Source of the DNA: Spirochaetota bacterium
Lineage (GTDB): Bacteria > Spirochaetota > Spirochaetia > Treponematales > UBA12059
Assembly (NCBI GenBank): GCA_029560805.1
Contig: JAKQKE010000021.1
Coordinates: 15,191 to 79,190, forward strand
Direction: 5' to 3'
Length of the DNA: 64,000 nucleotides
The notes below the pieces were generated by a model, which did no database searches, was not told the origin of the DNA, and worked only from the letters and a program-made list of their open reading frames with translations. This document shows, piece after piece, positions 9,021 through 19,197 of the stretch (its first letter is position 1; every line of letters starts with the position of its first letter). The translations under genes and the position numbers were made by a program.

Positions 9021-9461
9021 TTAGAACTCGAGCTTGATCGAATCGACCTTGAACCGGTCTCCCGGGTCGCCTTCTATGACGCCCCAGCTCGCGTCGCGCA
9101 TGTTGGCCAGTACGAATAGCTTGACATGGCTGAAACCGCCGTCGGGGCGATAGTAGACGACCATATACGGATACTGGGGCCCGCGCCCACGCAGTAGCAT
9201 GCCCTTGCCACCTGCAACGAACCATTCGACCGGTATGTATACCTCGGCGAACGAGGTAGCCCCCTTCCTATAGACGACCCTATAGCCCTGAGCGTGGGAA
9301 TATACCCTCGAGACGTCGACGCGTACCGGATAGAGATCGGACTCCATCACGGCATTCCCTACTTTGTCGCGGCCCGAATCGCCGGAGGAGCCGGTAGCAC
9401 CCTGCGCGAAGGCTCCAGCCGCTATGGATACAGCGATGAGGATAATCAAGAATCGTTTCAT
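9021..9461 (-). CDS. Hypothetical exported protein with signal peptide
   Basis: MKRFLIILIAVSIAAGAFAQ signal peptide, GGAGG RBS, aromatic-rich beta-type mature domain. Confidence 0.75.
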   Translation of the reverse strand: MKRFLIILIAVSIAAGAFAQGATGSSGDSGRDKVGNAVMESDLYPVRVDVSRVYSHAQGYRVVYRKGATSFAEVYIPVEWFVAGGKGMLLRGRGPQYPYMVVYYRPDGGFSHVKLFVLANMRDASWGVIEGDPGDRFKVDSIKLEF

Positions 9462-9510
9462 GCTTCCTCCATACCGGGCGAACCACGATAGCGGCCAGCC
9501 CAGTATGGAT

Positions 9511-9539
9511 AGTATAAAACGGCCGAGGCTAATTCGCAA
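9511..9539 (-). promoter_or_regulatory. Putative sigma70 promoter for 9021-9461
   Basis: TTGCGA, 17 nt, TATACT. Confidence 0.6.
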
Positions 9540-9618
9540 TGTGTTTACTCCAAGCCCGGTACGGCCTGGGTAGCGGCCGCGGCTTGCCAAGGGAAAGCCC
9601 CGATGCGATATTCCATGC

Positions 9619-10266
9619 ATGGACTACTCGACGCGACCCGACGCCCGTATACTCTATGACACGCTCGTTCCTATCTGGCCCGACCGCGGTTCAGCCCTAA
9701 GCTACCGCAACTGCTTCGAGCTGCTGATCGCGGTGATACTTTCGGCACAATGCACCGACGAGCAGGTGAATAAGGTGACGCCCGCCCTGTTCGAGGCGTA
9801 TCCGACGCCCGGAGACTTGGCCGAAGCAAGCCTGGCGGACGTGGAGTCGCTCGTACGTACCACCGGCTTCTTCCGCGCCAAGGCCGCGAATATAGTCGGA
9901 GCCGCAACCATCATCGCCCGGGATCTCGGCGGAACCGTGCCCGATACCATCGAGGAGTTGGTCAAGCTGCCCGGCGTCGGCCGCAAGACGGCGAACCTGA
10001 TCGTCAGCGTCTGCTTCGGCAAACCAGGCATAGTCGTCGACACGCACGTGCTCAGGACGGCGAGGCGGCTAGGGCTGGCCCCTACCGACGACCCGGGCAA
10101 GAGCGAACGGATGCTCGGCGCGGCCCTGCCCGAGTCGATGTGGACCGCGTTTTCCTACGCTCTCAACCGCCACGGCAAGTACGTCTGCCGTGCCAGGAGA
10201 CCTCTGTGCGCCGAGTGCCCGCTGGCTGGGATATGCCCCTCCGCCGCCGATTTCATGGCTAGCTGA
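9619..10266 (+). CDS. nth: Endonuclease III
   Basis: LLIAVILSAQCTD, HhH LPGVGRKTAN, VVDTHV, C-X6-C-X2-C-X5-C FeS motif. Confidence 0.95.
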   Translation: MDYSTRPDARILYDTLVPIWPDRGSALSYRNCFELLIAVILSAQCTDEQVNKVTPALFEAYPTPGDLAEASLADVESLVRTTGFFRAKAANIVGAATIIARDLGGTVPDTIEELVKLPGVGRKTANLIVSVCFGKPGIVVDTHVLRTARRLGLAPTDDPGKSERMLGAALPESMWTAFSYALNRHGKYVCRARRPLCAECPLAGICPSAADFMAS

Positions 10267-10322
10267 GGCGGCCGCGGGTCGACGCGGACAATCACCGTTG
10301 CTCCGAGCGGCGTATAGTCCGC

Positions 10323-11843
10323 ATGAAGACCGATGATCCCATTGGGACGTACGCGGCGGAACATTTCGGAGTGGCCTACCTCTATCCGTATCAGCGCCTC
10401 GTCATAGCGAACGTGCTCGACTCAGCGGGAACGGCGACAGACGATGATGGCCCTACCAGGCAGATAGTCATCCTGCCCACGGGTTCCGGAAAGAGCCTCT
10501 GCTTTCAGCTACCGGCGACCCTCTGCCCCGGGCCGACGCTCGTCGTCTATCCCCTGCTCGGCCTCATGGCCGATCAGGCCAGGAGGCTCAAGAGCTCCGG
10601 CATGGTCGCGGCGACGCTGCGAGGTGGCATGTCGGCGAACGAGAAGCGCGCCGCCCTCGAATCGGTACGATCGGGCACAGCCCGTTTCATCATAACCAAT
10701 CCAGAGACGCTACGGACGCCCAGCGTGGCGAAGGCGCTAGCGGAAGCCAAGCCGTCGCACTTCGTGATAGACGAGGCCCATTGCGTCGCCGAATGGGGCG
10801 ACAGTTTCAGGCCAGCCTATCTATCGCTCGGAGAAGCGATCAGGTCCATAAAGCCGCGCGTCGTCACGGCCTTCACCGCGACGGCCTCTCCTCCCATACT
10901 CACGCGCATCGCGGAGGCGCTTTTCGGCGGCGAGCCATACAGGCTCGTCGCGGGCGCTCCTGACAGGCCGAACATACGCTACAGCGTCAAGCCGGCCCTG
11001 TCGATGCGCCGGGAACTACGGGCGGCCGTGGCTACCATGCCGAAGCCGCTGATCGTGTTCGCCCGATCCCGCCATGGCGTCCAAATCATAGCGGAGGACT
11101 TGATAGGCTCGCGCTCAGGCCTCGACTGCCGCTTCTACCACGCCGGGCTCGAGAAGGCCGAGCGCGCGGCCGTCGAGGCATGGTTCATGGGCTCCGACGA
11201 CGGCGTCCTCGTAAGCACGTGCGCCTACGGTATGGGCATGGACAAGCCGAACGTCCGCTCGGTCGTGCATTATGGGCGGCCGGCTTCGGTAGAGGCCTAT
11301 CTCCAGGAATCGGGGCGAGCCGGCAGGGACGGCGAGCAGAGCGAGGCTCTGCTCATCCATAAGCTCGAGCCCGGGAGCCGCACACGAGGCGACTATGAAC
11401 CGAGGCTAGGCCCGGAGCCGGTATCGGCCGAGGCCAGGTCCGAGGCGATGCGGCGCTACGCAACCGGGCGCTACGGCTGCAGGAGGTCGTTCCTGCTGGG
11501 AGTCCTAGGCTATCCCGAGGCGGCAGAGACGGCCTGTTCGTCCTGCGACCGCTGCGACGGGACGGCTATCGAAGACGCTCCCGGCGCCGCCGAGCTAGCC
11601 GCGATCGCGGCGCGTCACCCACGGCGCTTCGACGCGACGGGCCTGGCCGCGTTCGCCGTCGGCGCACAGGGAACCGCGGTCGCGCCGCGCCACGGAACGA
11701 TGGCCGGTTGGACGACCGAAGAGGCCGGAGAAGCGATCGCGGCCGCCCTCGGGGCGGGTCTGCTACGCCGCCGAAGCCGCTGGCCATGGAAAGGGGCTAT
11801 CAGTCCGGGAACCCGTCGTCGTCCGACTCGTCGGCCTCGATAG
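10323..11843 (+). CDS. recQ: RecQ-family ATP-dependent DNA helicase, short form with no HRDC seen
   Basis: PTGSGKSLCFQLP, IDEAHCVAEWGDSFRP, TATA, YLQESGRAGRDG, CRR...CSSCDRC Zn domain. Confidence 0.9.
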   Translation: MKTDDPIGTYAAEHFGVAYLYPYQRLVIANVLDSAGTATDDDGPTRQIVILPTGSGKSLCFQLPATLCPGPTLVVYPLLGLMADQARRLKSSGMVAATLRGGMSANEKRAALESVRSGTARFIITNPETLRTPSVAKALAEAKPSHFVIDEAHCVAEWGDSFRPAYLSLGEAIRSIKPRVVTAFTATASPPILTRIAEALFGGEPYRLVAGAPDRPNIRYSVKPALSMRRELRAAVATMPKPLIVFARSRHGVQIIAEDLIGSRSGLDCRFYHAGLEKAERAAVEAWFMGSDDGVLVSTCAYGMGMDKPNVRSVVHYGRPASVEAYLQESGRAGRDGEQSEALLIHKLEPGSRTRGDYEPRLGPEPVSAEARSEAMRRYATGRYGCRRSFLLGVLGYPEAAETACSSCDRCDGTAIEDAPGAAELAAIAARHPRRFDATGLAAFAVGAQGTAVAPRHGTMAGWTTEEAGEAIAAALGAGLLRRRSRWPWKGAISPGTRRRPTRRPR

Positions 11844-12045
11844 CCTGTTCGACCGGAGTCGGAGACGGCTTCTTGGCTTTTTTTACGCCCCGGGGCTTGC
11901 GATCGTCCCGCCTCCAAGGATCTGCTATATAGCGCAGGAGTAGCCAGAACGCGACGAAGGCGCCAAGCGTGACGAGGGTCTCCCATCGGGAGGCCACGGC
12001 CATGGCTAGCCGTAGCCGTCCCATGACGGAGAAATCTGCATCCAT
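11800..12045 (-). CDS. Small hypothetical membrane protein
   Basis: One TM segment, basic then acidic tail; GGAGG RBS just after the PilZ gene stop. Confidence 0.6.
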   Translation of the reverse strand: MDADFSVMGRLRLAMAVASRWETLVTLGAFVAFWLLLRYIADPWRRDDRKPRGVKKAKKPSPTPVEQAIEADESDDDGFPD

Positions 12046-12057
12046 CCGAACCTCCGA

Positions 12058-13302
12058 TCACAGCTCCAGAGAAGCCTCGTCGCAGGCGAACCTGTTCGAC
12101 TCATCGGCGTAGAGCGACCTGCGTAGCTCGCTGTAGGCGTCCTGCTCGGCGTTGATGAAGGCGACGCCGTAATACTCGTTATCCCGGTCGTCGAATCGTC
12201 TCGCGACTCGGCCTTTCATGGCGACGCTCGAGCCTCCGCCATCCTTGCCGATCAGGATGTCGAGTACCGCGCCGCTCTTGAGCTTGACCTTGAAGCTCGA
12301 CTTCGGCATCGACAGAAGGCAACCTCCGGCCGATAGGTCGACGACCTGAGGCGTATAGGGATCCGGCTTCGAGTCCTCGGACAGCTTGAAGTAGTCGTTG
12401 GACTTCAGGCTATAGGCGAGGATGCGCGAGAACTCCCACGCGAAATCGACGGCCCGATAGTCGAGGCAGGTCTTCTTGGACGAGTCATTCATCAGGTAAA
12501 TGTAGCCGACGACGTACTGATAATAGAGTATGGGGCAGTACAGCTCCGAGACGATGCCGACGGCGGCCTTCTCGGCGCGGCTCCGTTCGAAGGCGGAGCC
12601 CTCGACGAAGATCGACGGCCCCTCGAACGCGTCGGCCATGGCCTGCGTCACGATCCGACCCTCGGGGTAGGGGTCGACGGCCGGGAGCGGGCTCGAGGTG
12701 CTGGTCATGAGCAGCGTCCGGCCCGTCTCGGCTATCAGCCGTTCCTCGATGCTCTCGGGCTTGCGCCCCTTGTTGAACATGAGGATGCCGCTCTTGGAGA
12801 ACATCGGCTGCGCCTTATCGCGGAAGCTGGCGAGTAGCCCGTTGATGGACTCGGTGTCGAACCCGACGCTCAGAGCGGGCATCTCGAGCTCTGAGTATTC
12901 CTCAGACTCGGGGCAATCGATGCGGATACGTTCGTTCTGGAGGTAGAATTCGAGCCTGAGGTCTTTGGGAGGAGGCACCCTGACCGCCTTGCGCTGCGGG
13001 GCCTTGACGAGGTTCTCGGGCAGGCCGATGACGATCTCGCCGCCGGCGACGCGCTTGACCTTGCCGGGGAAGGTGACTCGCTGGCTCTGGTACGATAGGA
13101 AGACGGAGACTGGGTCCCAGGATTTGAACGCCTCGGCTGCGGACGCTGTGGCGCTCAGGCTGAGCGTCTCCTTATCGAAGGCCTTGAGCCGGCCGTCGAC
13201 GCTCTTGCCCGAGCCTATGACCACCACCCTGCTACCGGACTTCTGCACCTGGTTGAGTATGAATTCTTTTTCTATGAACGTCGCTAGCTTCGGCATCGGC
13301 AT
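12058..13302 (-). CDS. PilZ-domain c-di-GMP receptor-like protein with internal GAF-like segment
   Basis: RxxxR (QRKAVR), C-terminal DLSAGG and YYGVAF PilZ motifs; SELYCPIL..VVGYIYL GAF-like strand pair. Confidence 0.75.
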   Translation of the reverse strand: MPMPKLATFIEKEFILNQVQKSGSRVVVIGSGKSVDGRLKAFDKETLSLSATASAAEAFKSWDPVSVFLSYQSQRVTFPGKVKRVAGGEIVIGLPENLVKAPQRKAVRVPPPKDLRLEFYLQNERIRIDCPESEEYSELEMPALSVGFDTESINGLLASFRDKAQPMFSKSGILMFNKGRKPESIEERLIAETGRTLLMTSTSSPLPAVDPYPEGRIVTQAMADAFEGPSIFVEGSAFERSRAEKAAVGIVSELYCPILYYQYVVGYIYLMNDSSKKTCLDYRAVDFAWEFSRILAYSLKSNDYFKLSEDSKPDPYTPQVVDLSAGGCLLSMPKSSFKVKLKSGAVLDILIGKDGGGSSVAMKGRVARRFDDRDNEYYGVAFINAEQDAYSELRRSLYADESNRFACDEASLEL

Positions 13303-13395
13303 CCCCTGCGATTAGGTCGTTCGATTGCGTGTCGACGACGCCAGTATACCAGAAACTCCGGCAACCGTATACGAATCCCCGGCTCGCTTTCTATA

Positions 13396-13424
13396 TTGAA
13401 AAAAGGTGCCGCTAAGCATAGTAT
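13396..13424 (+). promoter_or_regulatory. Putative sigma70 promoter of pgi-murG-cvpA-holB-HK-RR operon
   Basis: TTGAAA, 17 nt, TAGTAT in AT-rich divergent intergenic region. Confidence 0.5.
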
Positions 13425-13474
13425 AAGCGTATCGAAATGAAACACTCGTATCCGGCCAGAAGCCAAGGTCCCGG

Positions 13475-15070
13475 ATGAAAGGATACCCGATGGAACGTTG
13501 GAAGCGTATCGACGAGCTCGCCGGCTGGCGGGAGCTGGTGAGGCGACGGCCAGAGATCCTGCGCGGAGCCCTAACCCCGGGGCGCCTCGCGTCCAGGACG
13601 CTGCCAGCCGGCGGGGGCCTCAGCTACTCCTACGCGGCGATGGACGCCGACGACGGGACGATAGCCTCGCTGGCGGCGGCGGCGACCGAGCTCGGCCTGG
13701 TCGACCAGTACCGGGCCCTGGCCTCCGGCGAGGTGATGAACGTCGGCGAAGGCCGCATGGTGCTGCACCACCTGGCCCGCGGGACTCCCTGCGGCCCCGT
13801 CGTCAAGGGCGGCCGCGACTATCGGGCCTTCTACGAGGGAGAGCGCTCTCGCGCCGCGGCCTTCTCCGCGATGGTCCGTTCCGGGGAGCTACGCGGCTCG
13901 ACCGGCAAGCGCTTCGAGCGCGTCGTGCAGATAGGCATAGGCGGCTCCGACCTGGGGCCGCGAGCGCTGTACCTGGCCCTCGAACGCTGGGCCGCCGAGC
14001 GCGGCGAATTGGCGCTCGAGGCGTCCTTCATCAGCAACGTCGACCCCGACGACGCGAACGGCGTGCTGTCCGGCTGCGACCAGGAGACGAGCCTGTTCGT
14101 ACTCGTGTCGAAAAGCGGCACCACCCAGGAGACTCTCGCGAACGAGGCTCTCGTCCGGTCCTGGCTCGGCAGGAGGCCCGGCGTCGACGCGTCGCGGCAT
14201 ATCGTCGCCGTAACCAGCGAGACGAGCCCTCTGGCGCGCAACGCCGGCTACCTCGATTCGTTCTACATCGACGACTACATAGGCGGCCGCTACAGCGCCA
14301 CGAGCGCGGTAGGCGCCGTCGTCCTATCGCTGGCCCTCGGCCCCGACGCCTTCAAGGCCCTGCTCGACGGCGCCGCCGACGCCGACCGACTGGCGCTCGA
14401 GCCGGATCCTACCAAGAACGCGGCCCTGCTCGACGCCATGCTCGGCATCTACGAACGGAACGTCCTCGGCCGCCCGAGCGTAGCGGTCTTGCCCTACTCC
14501 CAGGCGCTGGCGCGTTTCCCGGCCCACCTCCAGCAGCTCGACATGGAATCCAACGGCAAACGGGTCGACCGCTACGGTAAGCCCGTGACGATCCCGAGCG
14601 GCCCGGCGGTATTCGGCGAGCCGGGCACGAACGGCCAGCACTCGTTCTACCAACTCCTCCATCAGGGCACCGATATCGTACCGCTACAGTTCATCGGCTT
14701 CCGCAAGAACCAGAGCGGCTTCGATCCGGAGTTCCAGGGTTCGACCGCGCGGCGCAAGCTGAACGCGAACCTCGCCGCCCAGATCGTCGCCTTCGCCTGC
14801 GGCAAGGACGACGACGACCCCAACAAGGCCTTCCCCGGCGGCCGGCCTTCTTCGTTGATAGTCGGCGATGAGCTCGACCCGGGCGCTCTCGGCGCCCTGC
14901 TCGCCCATTACGAGAACAAGGTAATGTTCCAGGGCTTCGCATGGAACCTGAACTCGTTCGACCAGGAGGGCGTTCAGCTCGGCAAGAAACTGACCGGCTC
15001 GGTACTGGCGGACGGAGGCCCCTCGGATCCGGCCCTGGCGGCCTACGCCCGCCTCCTAGGCGCGCTATGA
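13475..15070 (+). CDS. pgi: Glucose-6-phosphate isomerase
   Basis: IGIGGSDLGP, SKSGTTQET, LDMESNGK, GTNGQHSFYQLLHQG, FDQEGVQLGK; start may be 13490. Confidence 0.95.
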   Translation: MKGYPMERWKRIDELAGWRELVRRRPEILRGALTPGRLASRTLPAGGGLSYSYAAMDADDGTIASLAAAATELGLVDQYRALASGEVMNVGEGRMVLHHLARGTPCGPVVKGGRDYRAFYEGERSRAAAFSAMVRSGELRGSTGKRFERVVQIGIGGSDLGPRALYLALERWAAERGELALEASFISNVDPDDANGVLSGCDQETSLFVLVSKSGTTQETLANEALVRSWLGRRPGVDASRHIVAVTSETSPLARNAGYLDSFYIDDYIGGRYSATSAVGAVVLSLALGPDAFKALLDGAADADRLALEPDPTKNAALLDAMLGIYERNVLGRPSVAVLPYSQALARFPAHLQQLDMESNGKRVDRYGKPVTIPSGPAVFGEPGTNGQHSFYQLLHQGTDIVPLQFIGFRKNQSGFDPEFQGSTARRKLNANLAAQIVAFACGKDDDDPNKAFPGGRPSSLIVGDELDPGALGALLAHYENKVMFQGFAWNLNSFDQEGVQLGKKLTGSVLADGGPSDPALAAYARLLGAL

Positions 15071-16215
15071 GCCGAGACGACGAAATGACGGCCGGCTCCG
15101 CCAGCCCCCGCGGTGGCGACAGCGCCTGCATCGCCTTCACGGGGGGCGGCACCGGCGGCCACGTATTCCCCGGCCTGGCCGTCATCGAGGCCCTGCGCGT
15201 GCGGTGGCCGGGCAGGATAGTCTGGATAGGCTCCGGGAAGGAGGTAGAGCGACAGGCGGTCGAGGCGGCTGGGGTCGAGTTCGTCGCCATCCCATCCGGC
15301 AAGCTCCGCCGATCGGCGTCGCTCGAGAACGTCGGCGATGCCTTCAAGGTGGTCGCTGGCTACCTGGCCGCGAGGCGCGTTCTACGCGGGCTACGGCCGG
15401 CCCTGCTGTTCTCCAAGGGCGGCTATGTCAGCGTGCCGCCGTGCATGGCGGCGGCGGCGCTCGGCATACCGGTGTTCACGCACGAGTCAGACCTGTCGAC
15501 CGGCCTGGCGACGCGGCTCAACGCCAGGCGGGCCGAGCGCATCCTGGTCAGCTGGGAACGCACCCTCGACGATCTACCCGAGTCCCAGCGCGCTCGCGCC
15601 ATCGCCGTCGGCAACCCCGTGCGGCGCGCTATCCGCGCCGGGAATGCGGCCGCAGGCCGCAGGTGGCTCGGCTTCGCGGACGACCTGCCGATCGTGCTCG
15701 CGCTCGGCGGTAGCCAGGGCGCGCGGCAGGTGAACGACCTGATCGGCGCTATCCTTCCGGCGCTGGCCGGCAAGGCTCGCGTCGCCCACCAGTGCGGCCC
15801 GGGCAACCCCGTATGCAGGCCGGCGGACGGCGACTACAAGGGCTTCGAGTTCGTCTCCGGTGAGCTACCCGACCTCTATGCCGCGGCCGACGTGATAGTC
15901 GGCAGGGCCGGCGCCGGTACGCTCTGGGAAGGCGCGGCCTCGGGCAAGCCGATGGTCTTCATACCGCTCGGTTCGGGTAGCCGCGGCGACCAGGTCGAGA
16001 ACGCGCGCCTGCTCGCGTCGCGCGGCGGGGCCGTCTGCCTGGCGGGCGACGAGGCGACGCCCGAGGCCCTGCTCGCCGCGCTGACGCCACTCCTGTCCAA
16101 TCCGGAGGCCAGGTCGACGATGGCCGCCGCCGCCGGCGAGACCGCCAGGCCGGATGCCGCGGCCGCCATAGCCGGGATGATACTCGATCGAGTACTGAAA
16201 GGAAGCACGAGATGA
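15067..16215 (+). CDS. murG: UDP-GlcNAc:lipid I GlcNAc transferase
   Basis: GGGTGGHVFP, KGGYVS, VGNPVR, GGSQGA, GRAGAGT, DQVENA; start overlaps pgi stop. Confidence 0.95.
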   Translation: MSRDDEMTAGSASPRGGDSACIAFTGGGTGGHVFPGLAVIEALRVRWPGRIVWIGSGKEVERQAVEAAGVEFVAIPSGKLRRSASLENVGDAFKVVAGYLAARRVLRGLRPALLFSKGGYVSVPPCMAAAALGIPVFTHESDLSTGLATRLNARRAERILVSWERTLDDLPESQRARAIAVGNPVRRAIRAGNAAAGRRWLGFADDLPIVLALGGSQGARQVNDLIGAILPALAGKARVAHQCGPGNPVCRPADGDYKGFEFVSGELPDLYAAADVIVGRAGAGTLWEGAASGKPMVFIPLGSGSRGDQVENARLLASRGGAVCLAGDEATPEALLAALTPLLSNPEARSTMAAAAGETARPDAAAAIAGMILDRVLKGSTR

Positions 16216-16691
16216 ACGTTCTAGACTACGTATTGCTGGCCGTCATCGCCATCGCCGCGCTTCGTTGCTGGTTCAGGGGCATCGTCGGAGAGGTACTGTC
16301 GATGGCGGCTGTCGTGGGCGGCCTCCTAGCCGGTATTTTCTTCTTCCGACCAGTCGGCGCCTGGATATCGAACCTGAAGCCGCTCGGCGGGTTCGAGGTC
16401 GTCGTCGGCTTCGTGGCCAGCTTCGCCGTCGTATTCATCGTCGTCAAGATCGTCGAGAAATCGCTCCGTAGCGTACTCGAGAACCTGAACCTCGACATAC
16501 TCGACAGCGTGCTCGGCCTTATCTTCGGCGTCGTCGAAGGCGTGATCATCTCGGCCATCGTCGTTATGATTCTCCATTACCAACCGGTCTTCGACGTCGA
16601 AGCCCTGCTCGACGGAAGCTGGATCGCCAGGCTCCTCCTCCCGCTCGTCGTCGAGGCGCTACCCGCCGCCCGCTCGTCGATCTCCGGCTGA
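16212..16691 (+). CDS. cvpA: CvpA / colicin V production family membrane protein
   Basis: MNVLDY, RG...E, LD..LG..FG..EG pattern; four TM segments. Confidence 0.88.
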   Translation: MNVLDYVLLAVIAIAALRCWFRGIVGEVLSMAAVVGGLLAGIFFFRPVGAWISNLKPLGGFEVVVGFVASFAVVFIVVKIVEKSLRSVLENLNLDILDSVLGLIFGVVEGVIISAIVVMILHYQPVFDVEALLDGSWIARLLLPLVVEALPAARSSISG

Positions 16692-16696
16692 GCCCT

Positions 16697-17995
16697 ATGT
16701 TCGAGAACATCCTGTGGCAGCCTAACGCGACCGAGGCCCTCAAGGCCGAGCTGGACCGGGGAGCCCTACCAGGCTCGCTCCTGTTCGAGGGCCCGCCCCT
16801 GTCGGCGAAGCTCAGCTCCGCCCTCGAGCTGTCCAGGGCTCTGTCCTGCGAGCGCGATGCCGCCTGGAACTGCCCCTGCCAGCAGTGCTCACGGCACAGG
16901 ACGCTATCGCACCAGGATACGCTGTTGCTCGGCCCCAAGTCCTTCAGGGAGGAACTCGCCATAGGCGCGGCCATGATGGAGCGCGCCCCCGGCTCGGGCT
17001 CGAGGTTCTTCTTTACCCGTGCGGTCAAGAAGCTGACGAGGCGATTCGACCAGGAGCTATACGCCGGCGAGGAAGCGAGGCTCTCCAAGGCCCTACCGCT
17101 GGTGCGTTCCGCTCTCGAGGGCGTCGACGCCTGCGCGCCGGCTTCCCCGACGTGCCGCTCGAGCGCCCTATCCGATGACGAGGCCGTCAAGGAAGCGGGT
17201 AAGCTGCTCGGCGTCTGCGCCAAGCTCGAGGACCTGCTCCCGGCAGCCACGCCGGTTTTTCAGGTTCGAGCCATGGAATTCTGGGCCAGGCTCGCGCCCT
17301 ACGGCAGGCGCAAGACCATCATAATCGAGCACGCGGACCGCATGCTCGACGCCTCAAGGAACGCGCTGCTCAAAATACTCGAGGAGCCGCCCGAGCACGC
17401 CGTGTTCGTCCTGACCTCGAGCCGTAAGGCGGCGCTGATACCGACCGTACTCTCGAGGGTCAGACCATATCGCTTCGCCCAGCGGACGGGCGACGAGGCC
17501 CGAGCCGTGATCGAGCGCATCTTCAAGGACGACGCGGCCGGCGCCCCGACGCTTGGCGAGTACGTCTCCCGCTACAGGCCGTCGTCGACCGGCGCAGTGG
17601 ACGGCCTGGCCAGGGACTTGGCGGCGGCCATAGTTGCGGCCGCCGAGCGGAGGCGCGGCCCCTTCACCGAGGAAGCGCTATCGTCGCTCGCCTCGTCTGG
17701 CGGGCCGGTCCAGGCGGCGATCGCCGCGGCCCAGTCAGCCACCGCCAACTTCGGGTCGGCCGACGAGGCTTTCGCGTGGGCCTTCCCCGCCCTGATGGAC
17801 TCGGTCGGCTCGATCTTCGCGGCTATGCTCCGGCTACCAGGCGCCGGGCTCGAGACCCAGCGCGCCGCCGAGCTGTACGCGTCCTTGGCGCGAGACGCGA
17901 TGATCCGCTACTCGTCATACAACCTCCAGCCGACGGCCCTCGTCGAGCGCCTGGCCGACGCCTTCGCCGACGGTTGCCAGGACGGCCGCCCATGA
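16697..17995 (+). CDS. holB: DNA polymerase III delta-prime-like clamp loader subunit
   Basis: LLFEGPPLSAK, C..C..C zinc module, IIEHADRM, NALLKILEEPP, LIPTVLSR. Confidence 0.7.
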   Translation: MFENILWQPNATEALKAELDRGALPGSLLFEGPPLSAKLSSALELSRALSCERDAAWNCPCQQCSRHRTLSHQDTLLLGPKSFREELAIGAAMMERAPGSGSRFFFTRAVKKLTRRFDQELYAGEEARLSKALPLVRSALEGVDACAPASPTCRSSALSDDEAVKEAGKLLGVCAKLEDLLPAATPVFQVRAMEFWARLAPYGRRKTIIIEHADRMLDASRNALLKILEEPPEHAVFVLTSSRKAALIPTVLSRVRPYRFAQRTGDEARAVIERIFKDDAAGAPTLGEYVSRYRPSSTGAVDGLARDLAAAIVAAAERRRGPFTEEALSSLASSGGPVQAAIAAAQSATANFGSADEAFAWAFPALMDSVGSIFAAMLRLPGAGLETQRAAELYASLARDAMIRYSSYNLQPTALVERLADAFADGCQDGRP

Positions 17996-19197
17996 GGAAA
18001 TTCCTCGAGCGGGCGATGGAGAAGGTCTCCCGCATGAACGAGGAGTCCATCCGCGGGCTCCTGCGCGTGCTGGCCGACGAGAACGAGCGGCTCGACGCGG
18101 TGCTCGACTCGATGCTCGACGGCATCGTCGTCTGCGACGAGGACCACGCGCCCATCCTGGTCAACAAGGCCGCCGAGCGACTCCTGCCGATGGCGCAGGC
18201 CGAGCTGTTCGACCTGCCGCTCTGGGAGAGCGTGCGGGACGATGAGCTCGCCGGTTTCTTCGACGCCGCGCTGAACGGCGAGGAGTCGGTCATCGACAGG
18301 GAATTCGCGCTCGACGCCAAGGCCGGCACGCGCATCATATCCGTGTCGGTTACCCCGCTCGTCCGGGACAAGCGTATCCGCGGCACCTTGATCCACGTCG
18401 AGGAGACGACCGACAAGCGGCGCAGGGAGGCCAGGCTACGCAGGGCCGAGAACCTGGCGTCGCTGACGACCCTGGCCGCCGGCGTCGCGCACGAGATCAA
18501 GAACCCGCTCGGCTCCATCAGCATCCACGTCCAGCTCATGCGCAAGGCTCTCAAGGGCCTGGCCGACGAGCCGCCGATAGGCCGCTACCTCGACGTCGTC
18601 ACCGAGGAGATCGACCGCCTCAACAAGATAGTCGTCGACTTCCTGTTCGCCGTCCGGCCCATGGACATAGCCCCCATCAACGACGACCTGAACGCGCTCC
18701 TGCGGGAGCTTGCCGAGTTCATGCGCGTCGAAGTTGAAAGCGCCGGCATCGAGCTGTCGGTCGACTACGGGAAGGACGTACCGCCCTTCCCGTTCGACCG
18801 GCGCTACCTCAAGCAGGCCCTGCTCAACCTGGTCAAAAACGCGGCCGCAGCCATGCCCGACGGCGGATCGCTCCGGCTGACGAGCGAAGCCTCGGCCGAG
18901 GAAGCCAGGATAACCGTCTCAGATACGGGCGTCGGCATCACCGAGGATCGCCTCGGAAAGATCTTCGAACCGTACTATACGACCAAAGAGAACGGGACCG
19001 GCCTCGGCCTGACCCTGACCTATAAGATAGTCAAGGAGCACGGCGGCGACATCACCGTCACCTCGAAGGCGGGCCAGGGCTCGACCTTCGTCCTTGCGCT
19101 ACCGATACCGCAGCGAGACCGCCGCATGATCACCGGGGCCTGCCCCGACGGCGAGGCTTGCGAGCACGAGCCGCTACCCGATACGGAGGAAGGATGA
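17992..19197 (+). CDS. PAS-domain sensor histidine kinase (NtrB/Hk2-like), cytoplasmic
   Basis: PAS (DSMLDGIVVCD...NKAAE), AHEIKNPL H-box, NLVKNA, DTGVGI, GTGLGL; no TM segment. Confidence 0.92.
   Translation: MRKFLERAMEKVSRMNEESIRGLLRVLADENERLDAVLDSMLDGIVVCDEDHAPILVNKAAERLLPMAQAELFDLPLWESVRDDELAGFFDAALNGEESVIDREFALDAKAGTRIISVSVTPLVRDKRIRGTLIHVEETTDKRRREARLRRAENLASLTTLAAGVAHEIKNPLGSISIHVQLMRKALKGLADEPPIGRYLDVVTEEIDRLNKIVVDFLFAVRPMDIAPINDDLNALLRELAEFMRVEVESAGIELSVDYGKDVPPFPFDRRYLKQALLNLVKNAAAAMPDGGSLRLTSEASAEEARITVSDTGVGITEDRLGKIFEPYYTTKENGTGLGLTLTYKIVKEHGGDITVTSKAGQGSTFVLALPIPQRDRRMITGACPDGEACEHEPLPDTEEG

Noticed and set aside
14941-15066. N-terminal extension of MurG in the ORF track
   Set aside because: Overlaps the pgi 3' end; the plausible start is ATG 15067 or 15085.
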